From an uncultured Candidatus Actinomarinales bacterium (GTDB lineage Bacteria; Actinomycetota; Acidimicrobiia; Actinomarinales; Actinomarinaceae): DNA of 64,000 nucleotides. Location: assembly GCA_943789065.1 (NCBI GenBank), contig CALSSQ010000001.1, positions 523,827 to 587,826 of the forward strand, given 5' to 3'. The first letter of the stretch is position 1; each line of letters begins with the position of its first letter. The position numbers and the translations under genes are program-made. This document shows positions 47,895-57,839 of the stretch, in pieces. Below the pieces are notes generated by a model, which saw nothing but the letters and a program-made list of their open reading frames with translations, was not told the DNA's origin and did not search any database.

Positions 47895-49607
47895 ATGGAA
47901 GAAAAATTATTGTCAGGCGCAGAGCTTGTTATTAGAGGTTTGGAACATTTAAAAGTCTCTACCATTTTTGGCGTACCTGGTGGTGCAATCCTTCCAGCGT
48001 ATGATCCACTTTACGACAGCCCGATAAGACATATTTTAGCTAGACATGAACAAGGATCGGGTCACATGGCTGAGGGTTATGCTCAGGCAACTGGTGAGTT
48101 AGGTGTAGTAATTGCTACTTCTGGACCTGGTGCTACTAACTTAATAACTTCATTAAACAATGCTTTAATGGATTCAACCCCCCTTCTAGCTATAACAGGT
48201 CAAGTTGCTACTGAAGCTATTGGTAATGATGCTTTCCAAGAGGCATACACAGTTGGTCTCACAATGGCAGCAACAAAGCATAATTATCTGATTACCGACG
48301 CTAGTGAGATTCCTCAAGTACTACTTGAGGCAAAACATATTGCTACTACCGGAAGACCGGGACCAGTTCTAGTAGATATACCAAAAGATATTCTTAACCA
48401 AAAAGCAAAATGGATTGAGCCAAAATTAGTAGATTTACCAGGATACAAACCTACTCTTGATGCAAATCCAAAAATGATTCAACAGGCAGTAAACTTAATC
48501 AAAGACTCTAAGAAACCTCTTTTATATGTCGGTGGAGGAATTATTCACTCAAAGGCAAATATTGAGTTATTTGATCTAGCTCAGAAATTCAACATTCCAG
48601 TGGTTACAACCCTTATGGGTAGAGGTGCATTTCCTGATGGTCATGAACTATGTTTAGGAATGCCAGGTATGCATGGGAACTATACCGCCACAACTTCGAT
48701 TCAGAACTCAGATTTATTAATTGCAATAGGTGTAAGGTTTGATGATCGAGTAACAGCAAATCCAAAGTTTTTTGCTCAAAATGCAAAAGTTATTCATGCT
48801 GATATAGATCCAGCTGAAATTGGAAAAGTAAGAGATGCGGAAGTACCTATAGTTGGAGATGCAAAAAGTGTTATCAAAGGTCTTATTGATAAGCTTGGAG
48901 ATACCAAACTAGAAACTTCCAACTGGATTCAAGAAATTAATGAAATGAGAGAAAGCTATCCCCTCACCTTCACTCAAGATGAAGATGGTCCATTAAAAGT
49001 TCCTTATGTACTTGAAGAACTTCAAAAAATGTCAGAGGATGACTCAATTGTAGTTTCGGGAGTTGGTCAGCATCAAATGTGGATATCTTTACATTGGAAA
49101 TTTACAAAACCAAACACTTGGTTAAATTCTGGAGGATTAGGAACCATGGGATATTCCCTGCCAGCAGCTATAGGAGCAAAAGCAGCATATCCTGATAGAC
49201 AGGTTCTTTCTTTAGATGGAGACGGTTGTTTTCAGATGACTTGTCAGGAACTAATAACAGCTTCTACAGAAAACATCCCTCTGAAAATAGTTGTTTTCAA
49301 TAATGGAAATCATGGAATGGTGAGACAGTGGCAAAAAATATTTTATAAGAATCGTTTTTCAGCTTCTGAACTTACCCATCACACCCCTGACTATGTAAAA
49401 CTTGCTGAAGCTATGGGAGCTGTCGGACTAAGAATGGAACAAAAGTCCGAAGTAAAAGATGTATTTGAAAAAATGCTTGAAATTAATGATAAGCCGGTAC
49501 TTGTCGACTGTGTTGTTGATCCAGATGATATGGTTTTCCCTATGGTTCCTGCTGGGGGTAGTAATGATGTAATCATCCTAAATGAAGAGGATTTGAAAAA
49601 AATATGA
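47895..49607 (+). CDS. ilvB: Acetolactate synthase large subunit
   Basis: FGVPGGAILP, RHEQG, TSGPGATN, GVGQHQMW, SGGLGTMG, GDGCFQM. Confidence 0.97.
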   Translation: MEEKLLSGAELVIRGLEHLKVSTIFGVPGGAILPAYDPLYDSPIRHILARHEQGSGHMAEGYAQATGELGVVIATSGPGATNLITSLNNALMDSTPLLAITGQVATEAIGNDAFQEAYTVGLTMAATKHNYLITDASEIPQVLLEAKHIATTGRPGPVLVDIPKDILNQKAKWIEPKLVDLPGYKPTLDANPKMIQQAVNLIKDSKKPLLYVGGGIIHSKANIELFDLAQKFNIPVVTTLMGRGAFPDGHELCLGMPGMHGNYTATTSIQNSDLLIAIGVRFDDRVTANPKFFAQNAKVIHADIDPAEIGKVRDAEVPIVGDAKSVIKGLIDKLGDTKLETSNWIQEINEMRESYPLTFTQDEDGPLKVPYVLEELQKMSEDDSIVVSGVGQHQMWISLHWKFTKPNTWLNSGGLGTMGYSLPAAIGAKAAYPDRQVLSLDGDGCFQMTCQELITASTENIPLKIVVFNNGNHGMVRQWQKIFYKNRFSASELTHHTPDYVKLAEAMGAVGLRMEQKSEVKDVFEKMLEINDKPVLVDCVVDPDDMVFPMVPAGGSNDVIILNEEDLKKI

Positions 49608-50077
49608 GTGAAAGAATTTTGAGTGTGCTTGTTGAAGACAAACCGGGTGTATTAGCAAGAATTTCTTCAACAATTTCAAGGAGAGGCTTTAATATTAATT
49701 CACTTTCCGTAGGTCCAACAAATATTGATGGAAGATCAAAGATGACAATTGTTACAGAGCTTGAATCGGTAGAGCAAGTAAAAAAACAGTTAAACAAATT
49801 AATAAATGTCATAAAAATCGTAGAACTAGATCCTGACAACACGATTGAATCCGAAGTACTGCTAATGAAAGTCTCAATCAACAAAGATTCTCAAACATCA
49901 GTTATAGAAAAAGCAAATTTATCAGGCGCAAAATCTGTTGATGTGGGACAGGATTATGCAGTTTTTGAGCTAACTGGTACATCTAAAGAATTGAAAAAGT
50001 TTGAAAACCTAATGAAACCGTTTGGAATTATTGAAATGATTCGTGGCGGAAGAATAGCTATTCAATCTAATTTATAA
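49604..50077 (+). CDS. ilvN: Acetolactate synthase small (regulatory) subunit
   Basis: [15 protein letters not shown]...[18 protein letters not shown]. Confidence 0.96.
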   Translation: MSERILSVLVEDKPGVLARISSTISRRGFNINSLSVGPTNIDGRSKMTIVTELESVEQVKKQLNKLINVIKIVELDPDNTIESEVLLMKVSINKDSQTSVIEKANLSGAKSVDVGQDYAVFELTGTSKELKKFENLMKPFGIIEMIRGGRIAIQSNL

Positions 50078-50091
50078 AAAGGAGAAATTAT

Positions 50092-51108
50092 ATGGATACA
50101 AAAATCATTTATGATGATCAAATTAATCAGGACTTAATAAAGGAAAAGAAAGTTGCAGTAATTGGTTTTGGAAGCCAAGGACACGCTCATGCATTAAATC
50201 TTCACGAATCAGGAGTAGACGTAACTGTTGGGTTAAGAGAAACTTCTGAAACTTTTACAAGAGCGAAAGAAATGGGTCTCAATGTATCCAATGTTGAAGA
50301 TGCTGTCTCAAATTCAGAAGTTGTAATGTTGCTTCTTCCTGATCAATTAATGGCTGATGTTTATAACGAAACAATAGCCCCAGTCATGAAGGAAAATTCA
50401 ACTTTATTTTTTGCGCATGGTTTTAACATTCACTTTAATGAAATAAAACCAAGAGAAGATATTTCAGTTGCTATGGTAGCTCCAAAGGGACCTGGTCACT
50501 TATTAAGAAGAACTTATGAAGAAGGTTCAGGCATGCCCTGCTTAGTAGCAGTAGAAAATGATACTAACGGAAACACACATGAGCTTGCACTCTCATATGC
50601 ATCGGCAATTGGTGGTGGAAGAGCTGGAATTCTAGATACAACTTTTAAAGAAGAAACTGAGACTGATTTATTTGGAGAACAAGTTGTACTTTGTGGTGGC
50701 CTTACTGAATTAATCAAAAATGGATTTGAGACATTAGTTGAAGCTGGATATCAGCCTGAAAGTGCATATTTTGAAACTTTACATGAAGTTAAATTGATTG
50801 TTGACCTTATGTACGAAGGCGGTTTTGAGTGGATGAGACATTCAATTTCGGATACTGCAGAATATGGTGATTTTTCAAGGGGACCACGTATTGTAAATGA
50901 AGATACAAAGAAAGAAATGAAAAAAGTTCTTGAAGAAATTCAATCTGGTTCATTTGCAAAAGAATTTATGGCTCAATCAAGAGAAGGTTCTCCCTTTTTA
51001 AATCAAAAAAGAGAAGAGGCTTCGCAACATCAAATTGAATCGGTTGGTAAAGAGCTTAGATCTATGATGCCATTCTTGAGCGCAAAGGATGTTAAAAAAG
51101 ACAAATGA
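50092..51108 (+). CDS. ilvC: Ketol-acid reductoisomerase
   Basis: [38 protein letters not shown]. Confidence 0.98.
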   Translation: MDTKIIYDDQINQDLIKEKKVAVIGFGSQGHAHALNLHESGVDVTVGLRETSETFTRAKEMGLNVSNVEDAVSNSEVVMLLLPDQLMADVYNETIAPVMKENSTLFFAHGFNIHFNEIKPREDISVAMVAPKGPGHLLRRTYEEGSGMPCLVAVENDTNGNTHELALSYASAIGGGRAGILDTTFKEETETDLFGEQVVLCGGLTELIKNGFETLVEAGYQPESAYFETLHEVKLIVDLMYEGGFEWMRHSISDTAEYGDFSRGPRIVNEDTKKEMKKVLEEIQSGSFAKEFMAQSREGSPFLNQKREEASQHQIESVGKELRSMMPFLSAKDVKKDK

Positions 51109-52595
51109 GTGAAGATCAACTTATTATTTTTGACACCACTCTTAGAGATGGTGAACAGAGTCCAGGGATAGCTCTTACTCCCTCTGAAAAATTATTAATT
51201 GCTCAACAATTAGAAAAATTGAAAGTTGATGTCATTGAAGCTGGATTTGCAGCATCATCCCCTGGCGATTGGGATGGTGTGAACTTAATTGCTAAAAATA
51301 TTCAAAATTCAACAATAGCCTCTCTCGCCAGGTGTGTTCCTGATGATATCGAAAAAGCATGGGAAGCTATCAAGGTTGCTAAAAAATCAAGAATTCACGT
51401 CTTTACTTCCACCTCTGATATACACATGGAACATATGCTAAGAAAAACTAAAGAAGAAGTCCTCCATGATGCAAAAGAGTCAGTACGTTATGCAAAAAAT
51501 TTATGTGATGATATTGAATTCTCAGCGCAAGATGCAACACGAACTGATAAAGATTTTCTTATAGAAATACTTAAAGTAGCAGTTGAAGAAGGTGCGACTA
51601 CCATTAATGTTCCCGACACAGTAGGCTACGCCACACCTTCTGATTACTTAGAGCTCCTCAAGGGTGTTTACGATAAAGTTAAAGGTAAAAATGAAGATAT
51701 TATTATTTCTACCCATTGTCACAATGATTTAGGCCTTGCTGTCGCAAACTCTTTAACAGCGATTAAAGCTGGAGCCAGACAGATTGAAGGTGCTATTAAT
51801 GGTATTGGTGAAAGAGCTGGTAATACTTCTACTGAGGAAATAATAATGGCGGTGAAAACTAGACAGGATCAATATGGAGTTGATATTAATGCCGAAACAA
51901 CTGAAATCTTAGAAACCTCAAGACTGGTATCAAAATTAACGGGATATCCAGTTCAATATAATAAAGCAGTAGTTGGGAAGAATGCATTTAGTCATGAATC
52001 TGGAATACATCAACATGGCTATTTAAGAAATAGTATGACATATGAAATTATGACTCCAGATTCTGTTGGTCAAGAGGCAAAAATTATCCTTGGTAAGCAT
52101 TCTGGACGTGCTGGATTTAAAGATGCATTAGACAAATTGAATATAGAATTAGATGAGGAAGCATTTAATTCAAGTTTTGACACTTTCAAGAAGCTAGCTG
52201 ATAGAAAAGGTGAAATTGTTGAAAATGAACTTCGTGCAATTGTGGGACAAGTTGAAACATCTTCTTCAGAGATAAAATTAGTATCAGTTTCCGTAAATAG
52301 CAAAGATCAATATGCATCTGCTAGAGTTACTCTAGATGTTCACGGCAAAGAGTTGACTGAGGAAGCTGAAGGAGATGGAATGATACATGCAGCATTTACA
52401 GCGGTTAAAAAAATATTAGAAACAGATGCGACTCTTATTGATTATAGAGTTGAAAGCATAACCAAAGGAGCTGATGCTACTGCTGAAATCGTAACAATAA
52501 TAAATGACGGTCACAATTTGAAACAAGGTAGGGCAGTATCAACTGATGTTGTACAGGGTTCAGTTGAATCCTTTTTAAATGCTCTTAATAGATAA
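51105..52595 (+). CDS. leuA: 2-isopropylmalate synthase
   Basis: [41 protein letters not shown]. Confidence 0.96.
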   Translation: MSEDQLIIFDTTLRDGEQSPGIALTPSEKLLIAQQLEKLKVDVIEAGFAASSPGDWDGVNLIAKNIQNSTIASLARCVPDDIEKAWEAIKVAKKSRIHVFTSTSDIHMEHMLRKTKEEVLHDAKESVRYAKNLCDDIEFSAQDATRTDKDFLIEILKVAVEEGATTINVPDTVGYATPSDYLELLKGVYDKVKGKNEDIIISTHCHNDLGLAVANSLTAIKAGARQIEGAINGIGERAGNTSTEEIIMAVKTRQDQYGVDINAETTEILETSRLVSKLTGYPVQYNKAVVGKNAFSHESGIHQHGYLRNSMTYEIMTPDSVGQEAKIILGKHSGRAGFKDALDKLNIELDEEAFNSSFDTFKKLADRKGEIVENELRAIVGQVETSSSEIKLVSVSVNSKDQYASARVTLDVHGKELTEEAEGDGMIHAAFTAVKKILETDATLIDYRVESITKGADATAEIVTIINDGHNLKQGRAVSTDVVQGSVESFLNALNR

Positions 52596-53653
52596 TGAAA
52601 GAATATAATATATCTCTTTTAGCAGGTGATGGGACAGGTCCAGAAGTAGTCAATGAAGCTGTAAAAGTTCTACAAAAAACTCAAGCAGATTATGGAATTA
52701 ATTTTAACTTTACTGTAAATGATCTTGGTGGAGAAAGATATTTAAAGACACAGGAGCTTGTCACTGATAAAGATATCGAAGAACTTGGGAGCAGTGATTC
52801 TATTCTTCTTGGAGCTATAGGACACCCTGATGTAAAGCCTGGAATATTAGAACAAGGAATCTTATTAAAGCTAAGAAAAGAATTTGATCAGTACATAAAT
52901 TTGCGTCCAGTTGTCTTATATCCGGGAGTCGAGACTCCCCTAGCGAATAAAAAACCTGAAGATATAAATTTTACTGTAGTCCGTGAGAACACTGAAGGCC
53001 TCTATGCTGGAGCTGGAGGATATATCCATTATGGTACAGAGAGTGAAGTTGCTACTCAGGAGTCAATAAACACATACAAAGCTATCCACCGATGCATTTT
53101 ATATGCCTTTGAGTATGCCAAAAATAACAATAGAAAGAAAATTACTCTATGTGCAAAAACCAACGTTTTGACATATGCACATGATTTGTGGGAGCGGATA
53201 TTTTACGATATTGCAAAAGATTACCCTGAAATAGAAACAGATTATGGACATGTTGATGCAGTTTGTATGTGGATGGTAAAAAATCCAGAATGGTTTGACG
53301 TTATAGTTACCGATAATATGTTTGGAGACATCATTACTGATTTAGGAGCAATGATCCAGGGTGGGATGGGAATAGCTGCTGGAGGTAATATTAATCCAGA
53401 GGGCGTATCTATGTTTGAACCTATTGGTGGCTCTGCACCTAAATATACAGGTAAAAATATTATCAATCCCCTTGCTTGCATTGCAGCTGCTTCAATGATG
53501 GTCACTCAATTAGGTGAATCTGATTATGGTCAAGCTATCGAAGATGCAATAATTGCTACAGCACAAAACTTAGACTCTCTTTCAGCTGGAAAAATGGGTC
53601 TTACAACTTCTGAAGTTGGAGATGCTGTACTGGAATCAATAAAAAACAAATAG
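52595..53653 (+). CDS. leuB: 3-isopropylmalate dehydrogenase
   Basis: GDGTGPEV, NLRP, RENTEG, NMFGDIITD, FEPIGGSAP. Confidence 0.95.
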   Translation: MKEYNISLLAGDGTGPEVVNEAVKVLQKTQADYGINFNFTVNDLGGERYLKTQELVTDKDIEELGSSDSILLGAIGHPDVKPGILEQGILLKLRKEFDQYINLRPVVLYPGVETPLANKKPEDINFTVVRENTEGLYAGAGGYIHYGTESEVATQESINTYKAIHRCILYAFEYAKNNNRKKITLCAKTNVLTYAHDLWERIFYDIAKDYPEIETDYGHVDAVCMWMVKNPEWFDVIVTDNMFGDIITDLGAMIQGGMGIAAGGNINPEGVSMFEPIGGSAPKYTGKNIINPLACIAAASMMVTQLGESDYGQAIEDAIIATAQNLDSLSAGKMGLTTSEVGDAVLESIKNK

Positions 53654-53655
53654 CC

Positions 53656-54258
53656 ATGGTCAGTGAAGAAACTACTCTTCAATCCTTATTAAGAAACCGT
53701 AAAATTGTTAGAAACTATAAAGAAAGTAAATTAGAATTTCCCCAACTCTCAGAAGTTGCAGAACATGCAATTAAAATACCGACTGCAGGTTTTTCCAGAG
53801 GAATAGAAATAGTTCATATTTCAGAAAAAGAAAATATTATTACTATTGCAAAATATTCAAATGAAGATTCCTATGTTGCCAAAGGATTCGAAAAATGGAT
53901 TTCAAAATCACTTTCTCTGTTTTTAATAATTATAAATACTGAGGCTTATCACGATAGATACAGACAGTTAGACAAAAAGCATGCAACAAATTCAGAAGAC
54001 TGGTCAATACCTTACTGGTTTGTTGATGCTGGAGCGTCAATGATGAATTGTATGTTACTCATTGAAGAAATTGGACTTAAGAGTGGGTTCTTGGGTTCCC
54101 ATAATATGGATATAGATAATATTAAAAATCACCTCTCTATACCAGATGATTACTTAATATTAGGTTTTGTAACTGCTGGAGTAGAAAAATCAGCCAATGT
54201 TAAAAAAAAGAATACAACAAGGAAAAAATTAATACATAATGAATATTTCACCAAATAA
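53656..54258 (+). CDS. Nitroreductase family protein
   Basis: RKIVRNY, PTAGFSRG, PYWFVDAG, GLKSGFLG. Confidence 0.85.
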   Translation: MVSEETTLQSLLRNRKIVRNYKESKLEFPQLSEVAEHAIKIPTAGFSRGIEIVHISEKENIITIAKYSNEDSYVAKGFEKWISKSLSLFLIIINTEAYHDRYRQLDKKHATNSEDWSIPYWFVDAGASMMNCMLLIEEIGLKSGFLGSHNMDIDNIKNHLSIPDDYLILGFVTAGVEKSANVKKKNTTRKKLIHNEYFTK

Positions 54259-55033
54259 ATCCATCAGTTCTTTGACTAATCCAGAATTGAAATTTTTAAT
54301 CTCGCTTACCAAAAATAAAAATAGAAAATCAGAGAATAAATCTTTAGCAGAAGGTTACAGAGAGAATAGGTCACTAATCTCATCTGACTACGAAATAGAT
54401 ACGCTTTACATATGTGAAGAATTGTTTATTGGAGAAAACAACTATGACTTGATAAGTCTGTTTAATAAAAAGAATGTTCGCATTGTAACCCTTACTAAAA
54501 GGGTCTTCGAAGCAGTTTCCTATCGAGACAGACCTGATGGCATAATTTCTTTATTTATTCAGAAAAATTTAATGGTTAGCGAAGATGCAGTCGAAGGACC
54601 AATTTTGATTGCAGATCAAATTGAGAAGCCTGGAAACTTAGGAACTATGATAAGAACTGCCAAGTCTTTAGGCATAGAGAATATATTTTGTAGTGATGAA
54701 ATTACTGATTTTTATAATCCAAATGTTGTCAGAGCCTCAATTGGTCACATGTTCACACTAAATTTACTGAGCGATAGCACAGAAAATATAATTAAACTTC
54801 TTAAAAAACATAATTATCAAATTATTTTAATGGATCCAGATTCAGAAAAACTTATTAATAATTTCCAACCCGAAAATAATTTCGCATTGGTTATTGGCTC
54901 TGAGCAATATGGTATTTCCAAAAAATGGCATGAGACTGAATGTACCAAACTTAAAATAGATTCGTTGAACGACGTAGATTCCATAAATGCGTCAACTGCT
55001 GCCGCAATTTCAATGTGGGAGTTACTAAAATAA
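54239..55033 (+). CDS. TrmH/SpoU family RNA methyltransferase
   Basis: EKPGNLGTMIRTA, VRASIG, IGSEQYG, DSINAS. Confidence 0.93.
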   Translation: MNISPNKSISSLTNPELKFLISLTKNKNRKSENKSLAEGYRENRSLISSDYEIDTLYICEELFIGENNYDLISLFNKKNVRIVTLTKRVFEAVSYRDRPDGIISLFIQKNLMVSEDAVEGPILIADQIEKPGNLGTMIRTAKSLGIENIFCSDEITDFYNPNVVRASIGHMFTLNLLSDSTENIIKLLKKHNYQIILMDPDSEKLINNFQPENNFALVIGSEQYGISKKWHETECTKLKIDSLNDVDSINASTAAAISMWELLK

Positions 55034-55038
55034 GAAAT

Positions 55039-55530
55039 ATGGATAATTCCATTTGCATACTTGACATAGAGACTACTGGATTTGAACCAGGTGAAGCTGA
55101 AATTATTGAACTATTTATTTTAAAGATTGTAAATGAAGAAATTATTGATGAGTTTTATTCACTTTTTAAACCTACTATTTCAATTAAAAATTCGCACATT
55201 CATGGTATTACTGATGAGAAAGTTGAGAATTCACCATCTATTGAGGACAGATCTAGCGACATCTTAAGCTTTATTGAAAAATCTGTATTACTTGGACACA
55301 ACATAGACAATTTTGATTTAAAGTTCTTGAACTATTTTTTAAAAGAAGAACTTCCAAACCAAACAATTGATACTTTAAATATCAGTAGGTCGAAACTTGG
55401 AAATAAAGTTAAAAATCATAAATTAATAACATTAGCTGAGTACTTCGATGTAGTTAGCCCAACTCATACTGCTAGAGACGATGTAATGACAACTTTTGAG
55501 GTTTATAAAAAACTATCCTCAATACAATAA
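55039..55530 (+). CDS. DEDDh 3'-5' exonuclease (DnaQ-like)
   Basis: LDIETTG, IHGIT, GHNIDNFD, IDTL, HTARDD. Start placed at ATG 55039. Confidence 0.92.
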   Translation: MDNSICILDIETTGFEPGEAEIIELFILKIVNEEIIDEFYSLFKPTISIKNSHIHGITDEKVENSPSIEDRSSDILSFIEKSVLLGHNIDNFDLKFLNYFLKEELPNQTIDTLNISRSKLGNKVKNHKLITLAEYFDVVSPTHTARDDVMTTFEVYKKLSSIQ

Positions 55531-55534
55531 TCTT

Positions 55535-56131
55535 GTGAGTATAAATTACCTAAATGTAAAAAACCTAACACTTGGTTACGGAAATAATATTGTTATAAAT
55601 AATATTAGTTTGTCACTTAAGAGCAATAAAAACTATCAAATAATTGGTGGTAACGGAGTAGGTAAATCTACACTATTAGGTTTTATTTCAAACAATTTTC
55701 AGGGAAATACGTTCAATTCAATTATCGAGTCTGAGCAAATGCGAATATTAGAAATTTCCAATGAACCAACATTAAATTTAAACTTATCTTTGCTGGAAAA
55801 CTGTTTTTATTTTACTCAAGAAGCAATGCAAGAAGATAAAATTCAAAAACTCCTTAAAGAGTATGGGATGCACAGCTTCATGCATGATTTAGTTAAAAAT
55901 TTTTCAAGTGGAATGGTGAAGCGTTCGGAGCTTGCCATAGCTAATATGATCGATCCAGAAATACTATGTATTGATGAACCGTTAAATTATCTAGACAAAG
56001 AGGGAGTAGAGCTTTTAACGAAACTTCTAAAAAGCAGATTCGAAGCAAATAAAAGCAATATTATAGCCTCTCAAGATTCATTAAATATTTTTGAAGATAA
56101 CTATGAAATGATTGATTTGAATGTTTATTAA
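55535..56131 (+). CDS. ccmA: Heme exporter ATP-binding protein CcmA
   Basis: GGNGVGKST, FSSGM signature, IDEP; first gene of the ccm run. Start placed at GTG 55535. Confidence 0.8.
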   Translation: MSINYLNVKNLTLGYGNNIVINNISLSLKSNKNYQIIGGNGVGKSTLLGFISNNFQGNTFNSIIESEQMRILEISNEPTLNLNLSLLENCFYFTQEAMQEDKIQKLLKEYGMHSFMHDLVKNFSSGMVKRSELAIANMIDPEILCIDEPLNYLDKEGVELLTKLLKSRFEANKSNIIASQDSLNIFEDNYEMIDLNVY

Positions 56132-56762
56132 TAATTTTTTAATTAAGAAGGAACTTTTAGATGAATATAGAAACAATACATCTTTATTTTTAATAACTCC
56201 AACTATTGTTGTTTTAGTTTTAGTTTTTCCTATTTTATCTGAGAACAGATTTGTCGTTGATGATGACTTCTTCATAATCAATCAATTATTGTTTTTGCTA
56301 TTTTTCACCACATTATTTTCTATAAGAAATCCCCTTAACCAAGCTAAGCTTCGTCGGGAATTAAATTTTGCAAATATAGAGCGACATTATTTTTTCAGAT
56401 GTAAAACAATTTCAGAATTCATAATATATTTCCCACAAGCACTGATCTTATTAGCTTTATTTTCATTGTTTACAAACACAGGTATAAAAAGTAACCCCAT
56501 CTACTTTGTAGTCTCTATTGTTTTCTTTTCAGTAAATTCAATAATGATAAATATAATTTTTCAAATGTTTACAGCTTTTAGTAATAGATTTGTTCAATTC
56601 ATACTGATGGTGCCTGTTTTTATGTCATTATCTTTCTTTGTTGCCCCGATCTGGTTAGGTATAAATCCAAATTTAACTAATATTTACTTAGTGATGTATT
56701 TAGGAATTACTTTATTAATTTCTGCCTACACTAACTGGGTTTTACAGAAAGATTTGAAATGA
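56121..56762 (+). CDS. ccmB: Probable heme exporter permease CcmB (divergent)
   Basis: IKKELLDEYR then six TMs; lies between ccmA and ccmC (mainly positional evidence). Confidence 0.65.
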   Translation: MFINNFLIKKELLDEYRNNTSLFLITPTIVVLVLVFPILSENRFVVDDDFFIINQLLFLLFFTTLFSIRNPLNQAKLRRELNFANIERHYFFRCKTISEFIIYFPQALILLALFSLFTNTGIKSNPIYFVVSIVFFSVNSIMINIIFQMFTAFSNRFVQFILMVPVFMSLSFFVAPIWLGINPNLTNIYLVMYLGITLLISAYTNWVLQKDLK

Positions 56763-57427
56763 TATTTTATGGCTCTTTAATATTATGGGCTCTCACAGTA
56801 GCTTTTGGTCCATATGATGTAACTCAAGGTATTTCATCTAAGCTTCTTTATGTGCACGTACCTACTGTTTGGATAGCATATTTAGGCTACTCACTCACTT
56901 TTGTATACTCGTTACTGTATCTAGTTAAAAAAGATCATAAATATGATGTACTAGCCTCTTCGAATGCAAAATCAGGAGTTTTATTTACAGTAACCACCTT
57001 GATTGCCGGTTCAGCTTGGGGAAAAGCAACATGGGGTACTTGGTGGGTTTGGGGAGATGCAAGATTAAATTTAACAGCAATACTATTACTTGTATATTTA
57101 GGTTATTTAGCTTCTCGCAAATTCACTGATGACCTTGGTAAAACATCAAGAAACTCGGCTTTCATTGGTATATTTGGAATCATTCAGCTTCCAATATTAC
57201 ATTTTAGTGTAATTTGGTGGAGGTCAGTTCACCAACAAGCATCTATTTTAAGTCAAGAGGCTGTTTCTACAGGAAGCGCTCCAATGTCATCAGATATTCT
57301 CACTACGCTACTTATTTCAGTACTTTTAGTCACATTATTACACTTCTCAATTTTAAAAAGATTTAAAATTGCAGCCGACACTTTATGGAATGATTACCTG
57401 AATCCAAAGAACAGAGTTAAAATCTAA
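56759..57427 (+). CDS. ccmC: Heme exporter CcmC
   Basis: YVHVP, WGKATWGTWWVWGDARL (WWD domain), WWRSVHQ. Confidence 0.95.
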   Translation: MIFYGSLILWALTVAFGPYDVTQGISSKLLYVHVPTVWIAYLGYSLTFVYSLLYLVKKDHKYDVLASSNAKSGVLFTVTTLIAGSAWGKATWGTWWVWGDARLNLTAILLLVYLGYLASRKFTDDLGKTSRNSAFIGIFGIIQLPILHFSVIWWRSVHQQASILSQEAVSTGSAPMSSDILTTLLISVLLVTLLHFSILKRFKIAADTLWNDYLNPKNRVKI

Positions 57428-57431
57428 TCAG

Positions 57432-57839
57432 GTGAACAAAAATTTTATATTAATTCTATTAGGAATATCATTAATAACTTATTCGAGTATTCAAATAGCC
57501 TCGAATAATACTATTTTTTACTACACAACAAGTGAAGCATTTGAAAACATTGATGTTTCTCAATCTGAGAGAATAAAACTTGGAGGGTTCGTAGAGGTTA
57601 ATTCAGTATCAAAAACACCTAATGCCGAGACAAAGTTTACGATAACCGATGGAAATAAAAAAGTTGGTATAGTTTTTGATGGATTTATACCAGAACTTTT
57701 TCAAGAAGAAATGGGAGTAATCCTTGATGGATACTTCATAAATCAGGTTTTTTATTCTGATGATATGTTGGTGAAACATGACAATGAATACATTTCTGAA
57801 GATGGCCAGAGTTATGATGTTGAAAATTATTCAGAATGA
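57432..57839 (+). CDS. ccmE: Heme chaperone CcmE
   Basis: FYYT, IKLGGFV, PELFQE, KHDNEY (HxxxY). Confidence 0.92.
   Translation: MNKNFILILLGISLITYSSIQIASNNTIFYYTTSEAFENIDVSQSERIKLGGFVEVNSVSKTPNAETKFTITDGNKKVGIVFDGFIPELFQEEMGVILDGYFINQVFYSDDMLVKHDNEYISEDGQSYDVENYSE

Noticed and set aside
47765..47965. 66-aa minus-strand ORF across the ilvB leader
   Set aside because: Antisense to the attenuator and the ilvB start; the region is better explained by the plus-strand leader peptide.
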